Of a DNA stretch of 64,000 bases, positions 12,951 through 26,573 are shown piece by piece. The stretch spans positions 94,116,001 to 94,180,000 of the forward strand of contig NC_043006.1 of NCBI RefSeq assembly GCF_006345805.1, written 5' to 3'. Source of the stretch: Octopus sinensis. Its lineage: Eukaryota. Made by a program: the position numbers and the translations under genes. The notes beneath the pieces were generated by a model. That model was not told the origin of the DNA. It did not search any database and saw only the letters and a list, made by a program, of their open reading frames with translations. Within the stretch, counting starts at the first letter, position 1, and every line of letters begins with the position of its first letter.

Positions 12951-14496
12951 ATTTCTATATATATATATATATATATATGTATATTATATATTATAAATGT
13001 GTATGTGCGTATCGGTATGCATAGACACATATATGGGCGATCTTTCGAACTTTGTACATAAAAGATGGTGTACAAAATGAAGCTAAAACTACAAAATCAG
13101 AACGAAAGAGATGAGAAACACAATCGATATTAATTGGCAATCATCGTCAATTATTATAAAACCCGATTTTATACAAAATGCGTTCGATCTATTGATTTAT
13201 TTATTTTTCTAAATTGGTAAACTGAAATATAATAATTATACAGGATAGTAACGTCTAATACATTTGATAAATGCTATTAAAACGTTCAGCTTGTGTGATT
13301 GACACCAAATAATTTTCTTTTGAGTTTTATTGTCGATTAATGCCGATTATTGCCGATTATTAACGATTATTTCTTTATCTTTCATTCGGATTCAATGCAG
13401 TGTGTTTCCCTTTGTCTGCCATCTTAAACGCACCAAGTTCGAAACATCGCCAAATACAAACATACATACAAAAACAAAGACGCGGGCATAGCAGTGTGAT
13501 GGAACCACGGGACTGAGGAATGCAGCCTGCAACCTTGTGGTTTCGGGTTCAGTTCCACTGTGCGTCTTCTTTCTGTTATAGTCTCCAGCCAAGTAATGAC
13601 TTACGCGATCTCATCTATAAGTATCGAGACTGTTGCCATAGTAACGGAGCTAAAGCATGCAGAGTGAAGCCACTTGGTACAGATTGACCATGAATACTGT
13701 TGTGCATGCGTACTAAGTATTAACGTTCTGATTCTCTTCCTCTGTTTACAGTAGTGCTTGGAAGGAAGGTGTGTAGCGCGTGATCGTAGCATTGACCATG
13801 ACAGTATGTTGCGCAGAGAATCTGCATCAAGTTTTGCCAAAAGCTTGGAAATACCTGCTCAGAGGCCTATGCAAAGCTTTCAAAAAGTTTTAATACATAC
13901 ATACATACATGTATATATATATATACACACACATACATATATGTATATATATAAATATATATATATATATACACATGTATGTATGTATGTATGTATGTAT
14001 GTATATGTGTGTGTATGTATCATGTCAGGTCACTCTTGGTATCACTGGTAATATGTAATCCAGTCCAACGTGTCGCATGATTGGTCGGTCGGTGATTAAA
14101 GCAGCAACCCCACCAAAACCCTGCTTGGTAGGGTTAGGGTAGTCTTCGTGGAACACCCTGCAGTGCAAGAAACAATTTCTTAAGGTGAAGGAAATTCATT
14201 GTGAAGGCGGAGCGCTTGCTTGTTTCTGGACTACTTGGAATTGTAGGTGAGGGTCTTAACACGGGTGTTGCCAATAAACGTTGTTCGGCGAATGTGATAG
14301 CAGCAGCAGTTCCATCAAAAAGCGTTGTTGGTGACTGCAGAGGTTTTGGTGGAGGTGGTGGTGGTGATGGATGGCTAGCTGTAGGCTAGCAGCAGTGATA
14401 ATGACAACTGTTTACTTTGGTGTTGGTAGCAGTATTGGTATATACCGGTGACAAGTTGGTGGCAGGTAGTGGCAATAGTCGCCATCGTAGAGGTTA

Positions 14497-14814
14497 TGGT
14501 ATCGATCGCGCCAGCGGCGAACATAGTGCTGATGACAGACAACACCAATCATCATCAGAGTGGCGATGATATTAGTCTTAGCAGCGGCAAAGTTGGGTAC
14601 GATTGGTAATTTGTAGGAGCCACCTGCACAAATTCCGATCGCTGGTGTATCTTCGGCTTAAGTCAGTGAATTAAGAAGGATCTCTTGATGTGGAGGTTTC
14701 CAATATTTCTGTCAGTGACACAATACTATCATCACCACTACGATGATGATTGGTGCTACTGTAAATCATATTGCCTGTAAGCTTTATGTTCGCTGCAGCC
14801 GCAACCGATACCAT
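14497..14814. repeat. Diverged non-microsatellite inverted repeat in an intron
   Basis: GGTATCG...GCGAACATA / TATGTTCGC...CGATACC and CACCAATCATCATC / GATGATGATTGGTG pair in nested order. Confidence 0.7.
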
Positions 14815-15101
14815 CCGGTTGGCCTTCTACCACTACTACTATGGTCTCTGTCGCTTAGATCTGGTTGATATCGTCATACTTGCACAGATAAAATTGATCC
14901 ATCTGCGGTCATGTTATTTTTCTTTCAGACGTTGACAAAGCTGTTCAAAAGAAGTCTTAACCGCACCGATTTTATAGGTGGCGGAAGGACGGCAGGGCTC
15001 TGTTTACAGCCTCTTCTAACAAATAAAAACAATAGAAAAACAACAACAACAGTGATACAAACATTAACAATAAACTGCCAAAGAAACATCTTTGTACTTG
15101 C

Positions 15102-15225
15102 CTGCAACAATGACATTGAATGTGAAGGATAATGTGCCGAGGTTATTGGACACACGGCACGTGTAGTTGCCCGAGTCTTTCATTCTTACGTTTTGCACTG
15201 TTAACGTGTATTTCTGAAACTTTAC
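15102..15225 (-). CDS. FGFR: FGFR-family Ig domain, C-terminal half (VKFQKYTLTVQNVRMKDSGNYTCRVSNNLGTLSFTFNVIVA)
   Basis: Acceptor TTTTACTATTGCAG|, D-x-G-x-Y-x-C motif, 124 nt, phase 0 to 1, donor CAG|GCAAGT. The K|V phase-0 intron and the phase-1 end match the exon layout of vertebrate FGFR D2. Confidence 0.9.
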
Positions 15226-17192
15226 CTGCAATAGTAAAAGAAAAAACATATGATCAGATTTGCACAAACAATGTAAAACAGCAAAAGAAACAGCGCAACG
15301 CATTTCTTCCGACTCCTGAAAGATTCTACCAACCCAATGACCAATTACAACAATAATGATGGTGTCAAATTTCGGCACAAAGCCGGCAGTTTTGAGAAAA
15401 AGTTAAGTCAATATCATCGATCCCAGTGCTCAACTAACACTTATTTTATTGACCCCGAAAGGATAAAAGGCAAAGTCGATCTTGGCAGAATTTGAACTCA
15501 GAACGAAAAACCGGGAGAAATTCTGTAGAGCATTTTGTCTATCGTGTTTACGATTCTGTCAGGCCGGCGCCTCACTAATAATAATAATAATAATAACAAC
15601 AACAACAACAACGAAATACTTTCCAGAGAATTACAGGAGGGACTTATCAAGTTTCAAAAATAAATATGCTATATAAAATGGGATCAAGAGTGAAATTAAG
15701 AGATATTATATATATAAAAAAAAACAATAATGATATTAATATCTCATCCATAAAAGAAATCTATGATGTTTAATTATGAAGATTATTATTGATTTAAGGG
15801 ATAAATTGTGATAGAGATAACAAATAGAAACAACCTAGGACAATGTGGGATCTGCGATGGGGGAGAGAGTGTAGAGATTGAAAAGGAAGCAATTAGGGGT
15901 TAGAGATTTGTAAGAGAGTAAAAGACAATGGTTTCAAAATAAGTGTAAAGATGGACTTAGCAAGTTTAGGATTAAAGAAATTATAGAAGTAGAGAAGGAA
16001 TGATGGGTGGAGAAAGAGAAGAGATAATCATTAACATAATAGTGAAAACTGATAAAGTTGAAAATCCCAATGATAATCGAATCAAAGAATAACAAAAAAA
16101 AGGTAATAAAAATCTGAGAAGAACTATATTCAAAAGTAAAAAAAAAAAATTCTTCGGTAATGGAATTATGAAAATGAGAGAAAAAGAAAACTTTTAATAA
16201 AAGTGGGGAGGGCATGGCCTGTTGAAGGATAAAAATTAGGAAATATGAAGGTTGAGATTCAAGGCATAGATATGGACCAATAAGGAATCTATAGTTCTCT
16301 CAGTTATTCGTGGGCTTTGCTGTCGTATACGACAGATGAAAGTTCAGTGATTTCTTTTTGAGTGAGTGCAGTACGCTAGTATAAAAAGAGTATAAACGCA
16401 AATATAACATGACTGTGTAGACAAAACAGTGCGTTGCTGAACAACCTGAACAGATGATATTTATATTGAACAAAAGTTCTGTGGAGTACTCAGCCACTTG
16501 CACGTTAATTTCACAATCAGGCTGTTCTGTTTATTGATCGGATCGCCTGAGACACTCGTCGTCGTAAAACCGACGGAGTGCCAGTACATAGTATAAATCT
16601 TTCTTTGTATTTTTCTGTATCTTTTCGAACCCCAATGGATAATAAAGAAAACACTGTTAATATACCACCACCATCACCACCACCACCACCATCATCATCA
16701 TCATCGTCTAACATCCAAATTCACCTTTACCCGATTTTTTCGCCTTTGACTTATTTTTCAAATAAATCAGTTTTATTGATATTTTTTATCTGTAAAATTT
16801 CTCTTACCCAGATCTTCGCCCCCTTTTATCTTATATCTATTATTTTTTACTAGATTTACAGGAAAACCTCTACTATTTTACAATCTTTCTTCAAATCCTA
16901 AGATATTTTTCCAGCTCTTGTTTATATTTCTCTTTAGTTGATTGTCTCATATATCGTTGTTGTTTTTTATTAAATCATTCTTTCTCTCTTTTAACCATTT
17001 TTATCTGTAAGGTTTATTAAAAAACAAAAAAAATTATCGAAAGTCTTACTTTCATACTTAAATTTTCAATTAATTCTTCAGTAATTTATAGCTTTAAAAA
17101 ATACTTTTGAATTGATAAAACTTTGCACTCTGTCTTCCCCACCATTACCTGATTATTCGTGCAATTATCTGCACCAGGATTGCTGTTGTTGC

Positions 17193-17240
<48 letters not shown>

Positions 17241-17416
17241 CTAACTTTCCAATTCACTTTCACTCGATTTTCCACCTATGACTTTATATGTCTTTTCATC
17301 TATGTCTTGTTATCTCTTCATATTTTTTCCTACACACACAAACTTAAAATGCATTTACACACACAACACACACACACACACACACCACACACACACACAC
17401 CACACACACACACATG

Positions 17417-17489
<73 letters not shown>

Positions 17490-17732
17490 TATCCTTCCCT
17501 TTCTTTTATTCCTTACAGTCCGATGTTGAAGACCTTTTGAGTATACATTCATCTGTAATGTCGCATTGTAATACCGTACGTATCTGTTTTATTTTACGAA
17601 ATACTAAATATAAGGTAACCATTTGAATATAAACGCCACATTATCTATAAGAAAACTCTTCTTATATCATCGATTCAAGTTTAAATAGCCCCTCCCTGGT
17701 CTGGGGTATCAATATTTTATCCCATTCTCTAC

Positions 17733-18788
17733 GAATCTTTTCTTTTTGAAGGCCAGATTTTCCTAGTTAACTAAACAATTTGAAACTTCGTATACTGGTA
17801 GAATGTGTCAAAAGAAAACATTATTGTAAACAAAATTGAAAACAAAATTGTAATTCGTAACTTAAACTTGGTTTAATTTTAAGAATTTTAACCAATGAAA
17901 TCGCAGCATTCGAGCTCAAATTATTTACCTCTTCTTCTGTCTTCTACATGTGCTAGAAATAACAGCTATATCTCTTAAATCGATTAATTTCGTCGCCCAA
18001 TAAAAATATTAACGATATTTTTTGAATATTTTCTTTATTTTTTTTACCGAAAAGGCTTCTCCCATGGTTTTGAAGGGCCAGAAACAACAAAAACAAAACA
18101 ATAATATGCCTAAATCGGTCTCGAGTTTGCGCGTGGAGTGTGAGTCATATTGTAAAAATTTGCGAAATACTTTTTCATAAAAGGATGCCCCCAGCTTGTC
18201 GGAAGCTGTGATATAAATTGGGGAAAAAATCCTCGACACCAGTGCGTAATTGGTACTTAATTTATCGACCCCGAAACGATGAAACATTGACCCCCACCCC
18301 GCCTTCTGGTTTATTTACCTTTTGTGCAAATTTGTTGCGGCAAGTGGCAAAACGTGTATTTTTGCTTGTGTGCGTATATGTATATGTCCGTTTGTATGTG
18401 TGTGTACGCTTATATATTAATTACTATGTGTGTGTGTGTGTGTGTACGCTTATATATTAATTACTGTGTGTGTGTGTGTGTATATGTCCGTTTGTATGCG
18501 TGTGTACGCTTATATATTAATTACTATAAGCTTGTGCAAATGTGTGTGTGTGTGTGTGTGTGTGTGTGGTGCGTCTGCTATATTTCTTTATCAATATCGA
18601 TAACGCAGCAATGCTGGGATTTCATTGGTTAAAATTCTTAAAATTAAACTACGTTTAAGTTACGAATTACAATTTTGTTTTCAATTTTGTTTACAATAAT
18701 GTTTTCTTTTGACACATTCTACCAGTATACGAAGTTTCAAATTTTTTTAGTTAACTAGGAAAATCTGGCCTTCAAAAAGAAAATATCC
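17733..18788. mobile_element. Non-autonomous TIR DNA transposon (Merlin-like)
   Basis: TIRs of about 175 bp (17733-17910, 18610-18788), 8-bp TSD TTCTCTAC, ends resembling GGATCT. Confidence 0.8.
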
Positions 18789-19269
18789 TTCTCTACTTCT
18801 TCTTTTAATATGTTCTCCCTTGTCGGTGTACTTCCTCCTAATCTTAACATTCTCCCCTATATTTTACCAAAATTTAAATGTATAAGCAAACTTCAATTGT
18901 CCTTAGAGCTTTAGCATTGTACTTTCCGCATTAACTAATTCTAATTCTAAAATTAACTAATTCTAAAATGTCCTCTCTAACTACCATTTTCTTGCAATAA
19001 CTTTTCTACCCAAACATTTCTATATAGAAATATATTTCTATTCTTAAACGGAGGCAATTTCTGTTATAGAAATAACAAACTCTAATATGACATATATACT
19101 ATATATTCCCTTAATTCAACCAAATTTCATTCGTTAGACGAATTCAGAGGAATGAAACCAACGGCAGTTTGTCATTAATCATCAACACAAATACATACAT
19201 ACATACATACACACATATGTGTGTGTATCTGTATGCGCGCGTGTGTGTATGTGTAAGTATGCGTATGTG

Positions 19270-19270
19270 C

Positions 19271-19335
<65 letters not shown>

Positions 19336-19378
19336 TACATATATATATACATACACACACACATATATATATATACAC

Positions 19379-19411
<33 letters not shown>

Positions 19412-19412
19412 G

Positions 19413-19452
<40 letters not shown>

Positions 19453-19632
19453 TACATATATATATATATATAATATATATATATACATACACACACATAT
19501 ATACACACACACACATATATATTGTATGAATAAATCTATACATATAATTTGCTATTTTTGTAGGTATGTACGCACACACACGTACAATATATATATATTA
19601 TATATATGTATATATGTATGTATATATGTATG

Positions 19633-19672
<40 letters not shown>

Positions 19673-19699
19673 CATATATATATACACACACACATATAT

Positions 19700-19733
<34 letters not shown>

Positions 19734-19802
19734 GTATATATATATATATATATAGATATATACATACATACATATATACATATATATATGTATATATGTA
19801 TG

Positions 19803-19848
<46 letters not shown>

Positions 19849-19869
19849 CACACACACATATATATACAC

Positions 19870-19910
<41 letters not shown>

Positions 19911-19935
19911 AATTATATATATATATATATATATA
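19270..19935. repeat. (TA)n/(CA)n compound microsatellite; similar arrays at 340-710, 3105-3645, 33470-33575, 48350-48600
   Basis: Direct inspection; source of the Y/I/C/V-rich spurious ORFs. Confidence 0.95.
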
Positions 19936-21169
19936 CAATAGATACAATATCCATGGATAAACAGGAAGCTATCTGTCTATTTTTCTCTCTCTTTTCCTCT
20001 CTCTCTTTCTTTTTTTCTTTCTCTCTCTCTGTCTATATATATGTGTGTGTGTGTGCGTGTGTGTGTGTACACTCAGATGTGTGTGTGTGTATATATATAT
20101 ATCATGTATATAAACATATTAAATTTTTATTAACATATTATGTATATACACATGTTATATATATATATATACATCGACAGATAGATACTAGACTAGATAG
20201 AGAAATAAAAAGAGGGGGAGAGGGAGGAAGGGAGAGAACTGACTTCAAAGTATATTAATTTTGTAGCGATCGATAGCAGGTATTTTGGAAAGAAAGCTCT
20301 CTTCCCCAACCATCACAGAATGAAGACTATTAGAGAGTAAAAAACTTCTGTAAACAAGAATTTGAGCGGAAAAAAATAATAAAATAAAACTGTGCTCATC
20401 CTCCGCCTTCTCCACCTCAATGAATTTACTGAATGAACTCGAAGCTTCGTTAGTTAATCTATCTTTCGGAAAGTTACTTAGTGAAGTTTCTTATCATTAA
20501 TTCAAGCTCTGCTACAGCTATTGTGTTTTGCACTCCGTAACATTTCTGGCCTTCTGCCACTGTAGAAAGAAATCCTCACTATTTATTAGAGATAATTCAG
20601 GATAAATTCTTCAGAGAAAGAAAAGAACCCGTTCTTTTAGAGTTTGTCTTGGTTGAGTATTGCTGACGTTGTGGGGTTATGGAGAACAGCTGGTATCATT
20701 GTCGACTGTAGGACAGGTCCAGCTCTCAACCGAGTGAAAAGCATCGCAAGGACGGTACTTAAGGTTCGGCATATCCCAGTTTTAAGCAGTTTTGACATAG
20801 CTAATAGGTTAGGAAAAATTTGTGCCACCCATGGAAATATGGAATTTACTGTGCCCTACAACGGGACCCCAAAGTCTTTATATAACAGACCCAAAAGTGT
20901 CACCCAGAGAATATTGCCTCACAATAATCTTTAAAATGATATCATATGGTGTATGTAAATGGTTCATCTCTCCCAACATGAATACTTTGCTGTCTTCCAT
21001 GCACACTGGCACCACAAAATAATCAAGAGTGTCACAGCAGGTGTCCGGAGCTCTAACCGTCCCAAGTCCAGTGGCATAGGTACAGTGTGTACTGCCCAGG
21101 GAAGCCCTTCAGTTTACCACCCTCCTGTCTCTTCGACCCAATAGAAGCTTATACTGCAGACCATAAAGC

Positions 21170-21618
21170 GGATCTCTTCTGTTTGACCGGCAGTTTTTTT
21201 AAAATAATTTCCACGTAACTAAACACTTTTAAACTTCGTATACTGGTAGAATGTGTTTATAAAACATCTTTTTCTCTTGGCTTTATTGAGAAAATTCTAT
21301 AGTTTGTAAGATATTTGTTGTTATTTTCTTCAATTTCTGCAATTTCAACCAATCAATGACGTCTATTGAGGTGAAAACATTCTGTGCCGTATGAATATGT
21401 CCCTCATTTAAGAAACAGATTGGGTTTATTTACATTTCTGAAGAAAAAAAGATATCCTTCCCCTCACCCCTAACCCTAACTAACGCTAACTAACCCTAAT
21501 TCTAACCCTAACCCTAAAACAGATTGAAATGCAATAGATCGATACTAGGGTCATAATTATAGGTGACAATTTCATATGACACCGCTAGAAAAAACTGCCG
21601 GTCAAACCGAAAAGATGC
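21170..21618. mobile_element. MITE (Merlin-like) with internal CCCTAA-like repeats
   Basis: TIRs of about 30 bp (GGATCTCTTCTGTTTGACCGGCAG...), 8-bp TSD CATAAAGC. Shares AAACTTCGTATACTGGTAGAATGTGT with the 17733 element. Confidence 0.85.
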
Positions 21619-23311
21619 CATAAAGCCTCTCAAAAGCGTCACCCCAGGCCCCACGACCTCCCGCTAGCTACGTTACACCCCAACTACTCACTCATATCCC
21701 AGTCGACACAAGTATGTTCCTCCCCTGATTTTGTTTCCTCATAACTTCCAGAAAATTGAGTATTTTTTTCATAAAACTTTCTATAAATATATTTCAGACA
21801 GTGCAGATTCCGAATATATCGGAAGTTTTCTGTGAGGAGAGGGGTTTCAGAGAATTCACACGAGTCGGTTTTGCTTCCTCATAACTTTCAGAAAAATGGG
21901 TAATTTGTAACGAACATTTCAACTAATACTTTCCAGAGTGTGCAGATTACAAGTACATCGGAGTTTAAAATTAAAATGAAAAAGAAAAAAGAAAAATGGT
22001 GGGTTCACACACGTACATACTGACAACACATCACATATCTACAAAATGAAACTTAAAAAAATTGGGTCAGTATGTATGTGCGCGTGCTCACCATTTTTCT
22101 TTTCGCATCAAATTCTAGTATAATCTTAATTTACGCAATTTGAAAGGTATTTGTAGAACATTTCATTACAAAATACCCATTTTTCTGAAAGTTATGAGGA
22201 AACGAAAGCGATTTTTGTGCGATTTTTTAAAAACTCCTCTCCCTGAATTCCGGAAAATTTTTTCTCAGCAAATTACGATATAATCTGAAGCATATTTCAA
22301 GAAAATTTCACTAACAAAACAGTCATTTTCATGGACGGTGGAGGCACGTTTGTGTGTGCCTCTCACGCTGGGTTTCCTTACTACTGTCTCTATGCCAACG
22401 GCTGTAGGTAAATCACACCAAAATACAATAACTGCCAGTCATTGCATTACTGTCCTTTGTCTAGCTACTTCCATTTTCACAATAATCTGGTTACTACGTA
22501 TTTCATACAGAGAATTATGAGCCCCACAGCGAATGTTGCTGGCCGTTCTCCGGGGCAATGCTTGCGCAGTCATGTCCACGAGACGCGTCTGAACACGCCA
22601 TTTTTTCTGGGGTACACAACCCGTCATTCCCACCCCGCCCATCTCTGGTAGTTTAATCCTCCATTTTCTTTTTTTTCTTTATTTGTTTCCTTGGTGTGGT
22701 ATCTATGGATTTTTCTTATACTTCTAATAATTTTTCATCCTTTTCTTGTAAAAATTTATTGTTAATAAAACACCTGTATATGTGAAAAAATAAATTGGGC
22801 GGTAAGCAGATGAAATTCTGACCTTAACGAGAAAATATATTTGCGTTAATGAAAAGGATTTTCATAAAGAAGCTTAGAAAAGTGTGTGTTGATGTTTGTG
22901 TATATGCCTGTATATGTGTGTATATGTATGTCTGTGTAGGCACACATGTGTGTATATGTGCGTTTAAGTGTGTGTATGTGTGTATACGCGTATGTATCTA
23001 CGTATCCATGTGTATGTGTTTATATGTGTGTGCATGTATGTGGGTGTGTTGTGTATGAATATGCAAATCACCTTGCTTGACCGCTAAATCCATAACTTTT
23101 AAAAATTCCCTCTCCGTTTATTATCTCTTATTCCTTTCTGTTAAAGAGCGTAGGCTCAAAACATAATAGACTTTTTTCATTTTCCCGAGTGTCAAACCAA
23201 TACATCAGCTTGCTGTTCATACACCTGTCTTCGTCTTTTGTTTTTCTATAAATTTCAACAATACGTATATATACACGTGTATGTGTGTGTGTGTGTGTGG
23301 GGGGTAATTAC

Positions 23312-23484
23312 CTTCAAATTTGGTATACGTTTGATATCGTCTCCATCTCTTGCCCAAGTGATGTTTGGTTTTGGTATGCCGTTAGCCGAACAATCCAGTT
23401 TCAAGTTCTTCTTTACCGCCACTGTCACGAGCGACTCTCCTTTCTTTGGTGGGGATCGCTTTTTCCACTGGGGTTTTCTGGGTG
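23312..23484 (-). CDS. FGFR: FGFR-family Ig domain, N-terminal half ((A)PRKPQWKKRSPPKKGESLVTVAVKKNLKLDCSANGIPKPNITWARDGDDIKRIPNLK)
   Basis: Polypyrimidine acceptor TTCTTTCTTAG|, donor AAG|GTAATT, 173 nt, phase 1 to 0. Ig I-set motif L-x-C-x-A-x-G-x-P-x-P-x-I-x-W. Confidence 0.9.
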
Positions 23485-26400
23485 CTAAGAAAGAAGAAGA
23501 AAATAAATAAATACCCATATTTGAAAATATCTGTGCTGGAGCACCGCCTTTGATGCGTTTAATTGAACAAATCGCCCCAGTACTTCCGTTTTAATTCATT
23601 ATATTGCAACTTGCTCCGTCGTCTCTTTTACTGAGACACTAAGTGACGGAAAAGTCAGGAAACCAGCACAGGTTATCAAGTGTTGGGAGTGGCACACATG
23701 CGCGCGGGCGTGATGAGCTTCTGAATAGTCTCTGTCTACCAAATTCATCGACAAAGCATCTGTCACCCTGGGGCCAATGTAGAAGATACTCGCCGAAGAT
23801 GACTGTGCTGTGGAACTTCACTCGAAACCACGCGTACACAGACACACAGACACATATATACACACATACGCGCACCTCAAACTTTGTGTAGGTATGAATG
23901 TTAAGCGTGTATGCATGGTCAGAGAACTTACGGTCATAGCTCTAATTGCCTCACTATTATAAAATATTGTGACACCTCGCACGTTTTCGATTCCTATTGT
24001 GGTCAGTACCCTATTTTATTCACTCTTTCTGATTTAGTCACAATGCCAGCAATTTTATGGGCAGGGGTAAAGCAGAGCACATCCACGGGTACTTTTGCTT
24101 ATCCTCCAAAAGCGTGAAAGGCTAACTTCACCGCCGCAGAATTTGAACTCCGACCACAACGAGTTGGAAGAAAAACTGTAAAGCATTTTTAGCGATGCTC
24201 AGACAATTCACTCTAACGGTTTCAAATTTTGGTAGAGTCGGTTAGTCGATCACATCGACTCCTGTGCTTAACTGGTACCCGTTTTAAATAATACAAGAGT
24301 GAATTTCGCATTCGTTTCTACCCGTCACATATATACACAATGGAATTTTCAAATTCGTTTATTATGATACATACATTTGTGGCAAAAATTACCCTGGTTA
24401 TTTTTTTTTTCTATCATTTGAAACTCTTGCACAGCTTTGTCCGTTCCATTCTGTTTAGTCACAAAACGACCAGATAGAACATTCACTTCTCGAAAATATT
24501 TTCGTCAAAGGAAAGTAAGTTGGGCAATTGTTATGATGAATGTAACTGATAGCGAAATCCACTTCATACCGTTAAAAGTTGTTCAGTATAAAGTGAGAAA
24601 CAAGAAGTTCTATTGATAATTGATGTATGTATAAGGAGAATACATCTCATGTGAGCACTACATGTCAAGCGTGTTGCACTGACAAGAATAGGGAAACTGC
24701 GGAAACAATTCCAGTGTTGCTTCCTCAGCTACTTATGCAGCTCTTCAGTGGAGAGGAGGAATAAAACGTGCTTGGAACTGACAATGGAAGCCATCTTCAA
24801 GCGAAACTAAGGAGAAAGAAAAAAATGCGTTGAAGCCCCCGTATGCAGCCCTTTTATTTAAACCTATGGAAGAGGACAACAAAAGAAGGATTACTGAAAA
24901 AGTTAGTGACACGTAGCAAGTACGGCAGTCGCAGATTGATAGGATAATGGAATTCAAAAATGCATTGGCCTACAACAGATATTATTAACGAGTAATAAAT
25001 AAATGAATGAAAGAATACAGAAAAAAACTGGAAAAAGTACAAAACGAAATTAAGAAGAACGATAATGAATAATTTAGTAAATGAATTGTATTCAAAAGCC
25101 ACGACGAAATTAAAACCGAGGCGCAATTACAAGGCATTAAGAGATTAGATGAGCAGTAATAATCTCTGAACTTAACGTGATAATTAGGATGGTGATTGGA
25201 AAAAAAAATCAATAAGCTTGATAGAATAGCGAGAAAATTAATGACAACAATTAGAAAATACTTCCCTGAAACCAAAACAATGAAGCCATTTGTATTTTCT
25301 ATTTGAAGATTCACAGAACTGCATTACTATAGTCACGTGAGAAAGGTCCCTATCATTCTTAGTGGCGAAATTCTAGAAGATATTGATTGATTCAAATAAC
25401 TTTGGTTCTACCTTCACTGATGTAAGGTCAGGACAGAGATGTGACGTTTGTCCGCATCAACCGTATCTACCATCTTTAAACCTGGTTTTGGTTAAGGTCG
25501 AAGATCCTTGTAACCATAACAGTTCGTATCTAGTCTGCACACTCCTTCATGTTATCCTGCTGAACGACTGCAAGACCAAAGACAGTGACGGACTTAAACG
25601 AGCTGGAAGTGTTTGTCTACTTTACATTAAGTAGACAAATGCATTCATGCATTGGATTCTGTGTCAAGCTCAGAAATTTGTTTTCATCAGGCCAGTTTCC
25701 TTCAACGAATCTTGCTCAAAAGGTGCACCTCCATTGGTTTAGTCAGCATGCAGGGCGAACTCACACACGATGCAACAAGGCCAGGACAACTTCCTGGGCT
25801 GGAGTAAATGATGTGGTGGGTAGCTGAAAACGTACTTTAGTTCGGTCAAATCAAATTCTGAGTCGACGTAAAGTTCCCAAATGCATCGTCACGGCCGCTA
25901 GAATCTTGACAGGGTGACTATCTCCACGTCAGATGTCTATGATATCCGGTGGGGTAAGTTAACCTTAGTAGTACTGTGAATTTGCTGGTTGGAATTGGCT
26001 CAGCACAACTCATAAGAAGGCCGATTCAAGTACTGCTGCAAGTACTTTTTAAGATTTATTTATGGAGAGTGGTTTGGAGAAGAAACGGTTATAAATCAAT
26101 AGGCTTCAGAGAAATACTTAGTGAGAAACTCTCATATATAAATGGTTAGCACCAGACGTAGATTTTGTTTGGTCACACATTTGTCCTAATGCAGAAGACC
26201 TTCGACCAAAGGCGTTCCATTGACGGCCAAGCAGTCTTTTTGTCAGTGATATCAGTGTTTTTAAGAGTACCTTTTTATCTGATGTGTTCTTCCTCTTTTA
26301 AGAAGCTACAGAGTGGTTTGAGAAAGATTTGACTGCTACGCGTCGAGGTTCCTTCATTGGCTCCTTTAGAGCCCGACGAAAATGTGTGGCCATCTGGTGG

Positions 26401-26573
26401 TGTCCGTCAGTTTTAATAAATTTAAATACAAAATAGTTTATTATATACAAGATTAATTCAAACTAGGTTAATCAATTTCTTTGCAGTGGTTTCCCGAGAC
26501 TAACCAGAGGAACTGATTTCGGGGCTAAAAATAAAGAACAATGTTAAGAAATCAAAATAAAAAGTGAACGTAC

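Noticed and set aside
13605-13855. Possible next FGFR exon (GTAAGT donor near 13604, open minus frame)
   Set aside because: Translation is not Ig-like and there is no good acceptor.
21468-21514. Interstitial telomere or fusion scar (CCCTAA)
   Set aside because: Short, degenerate and internal to a TSD-flanked MITE.
24705-24752. Minus CTGAAGA-GCTGC..GTAGC hairpin
   Set aside because: No GAAA after stem II.
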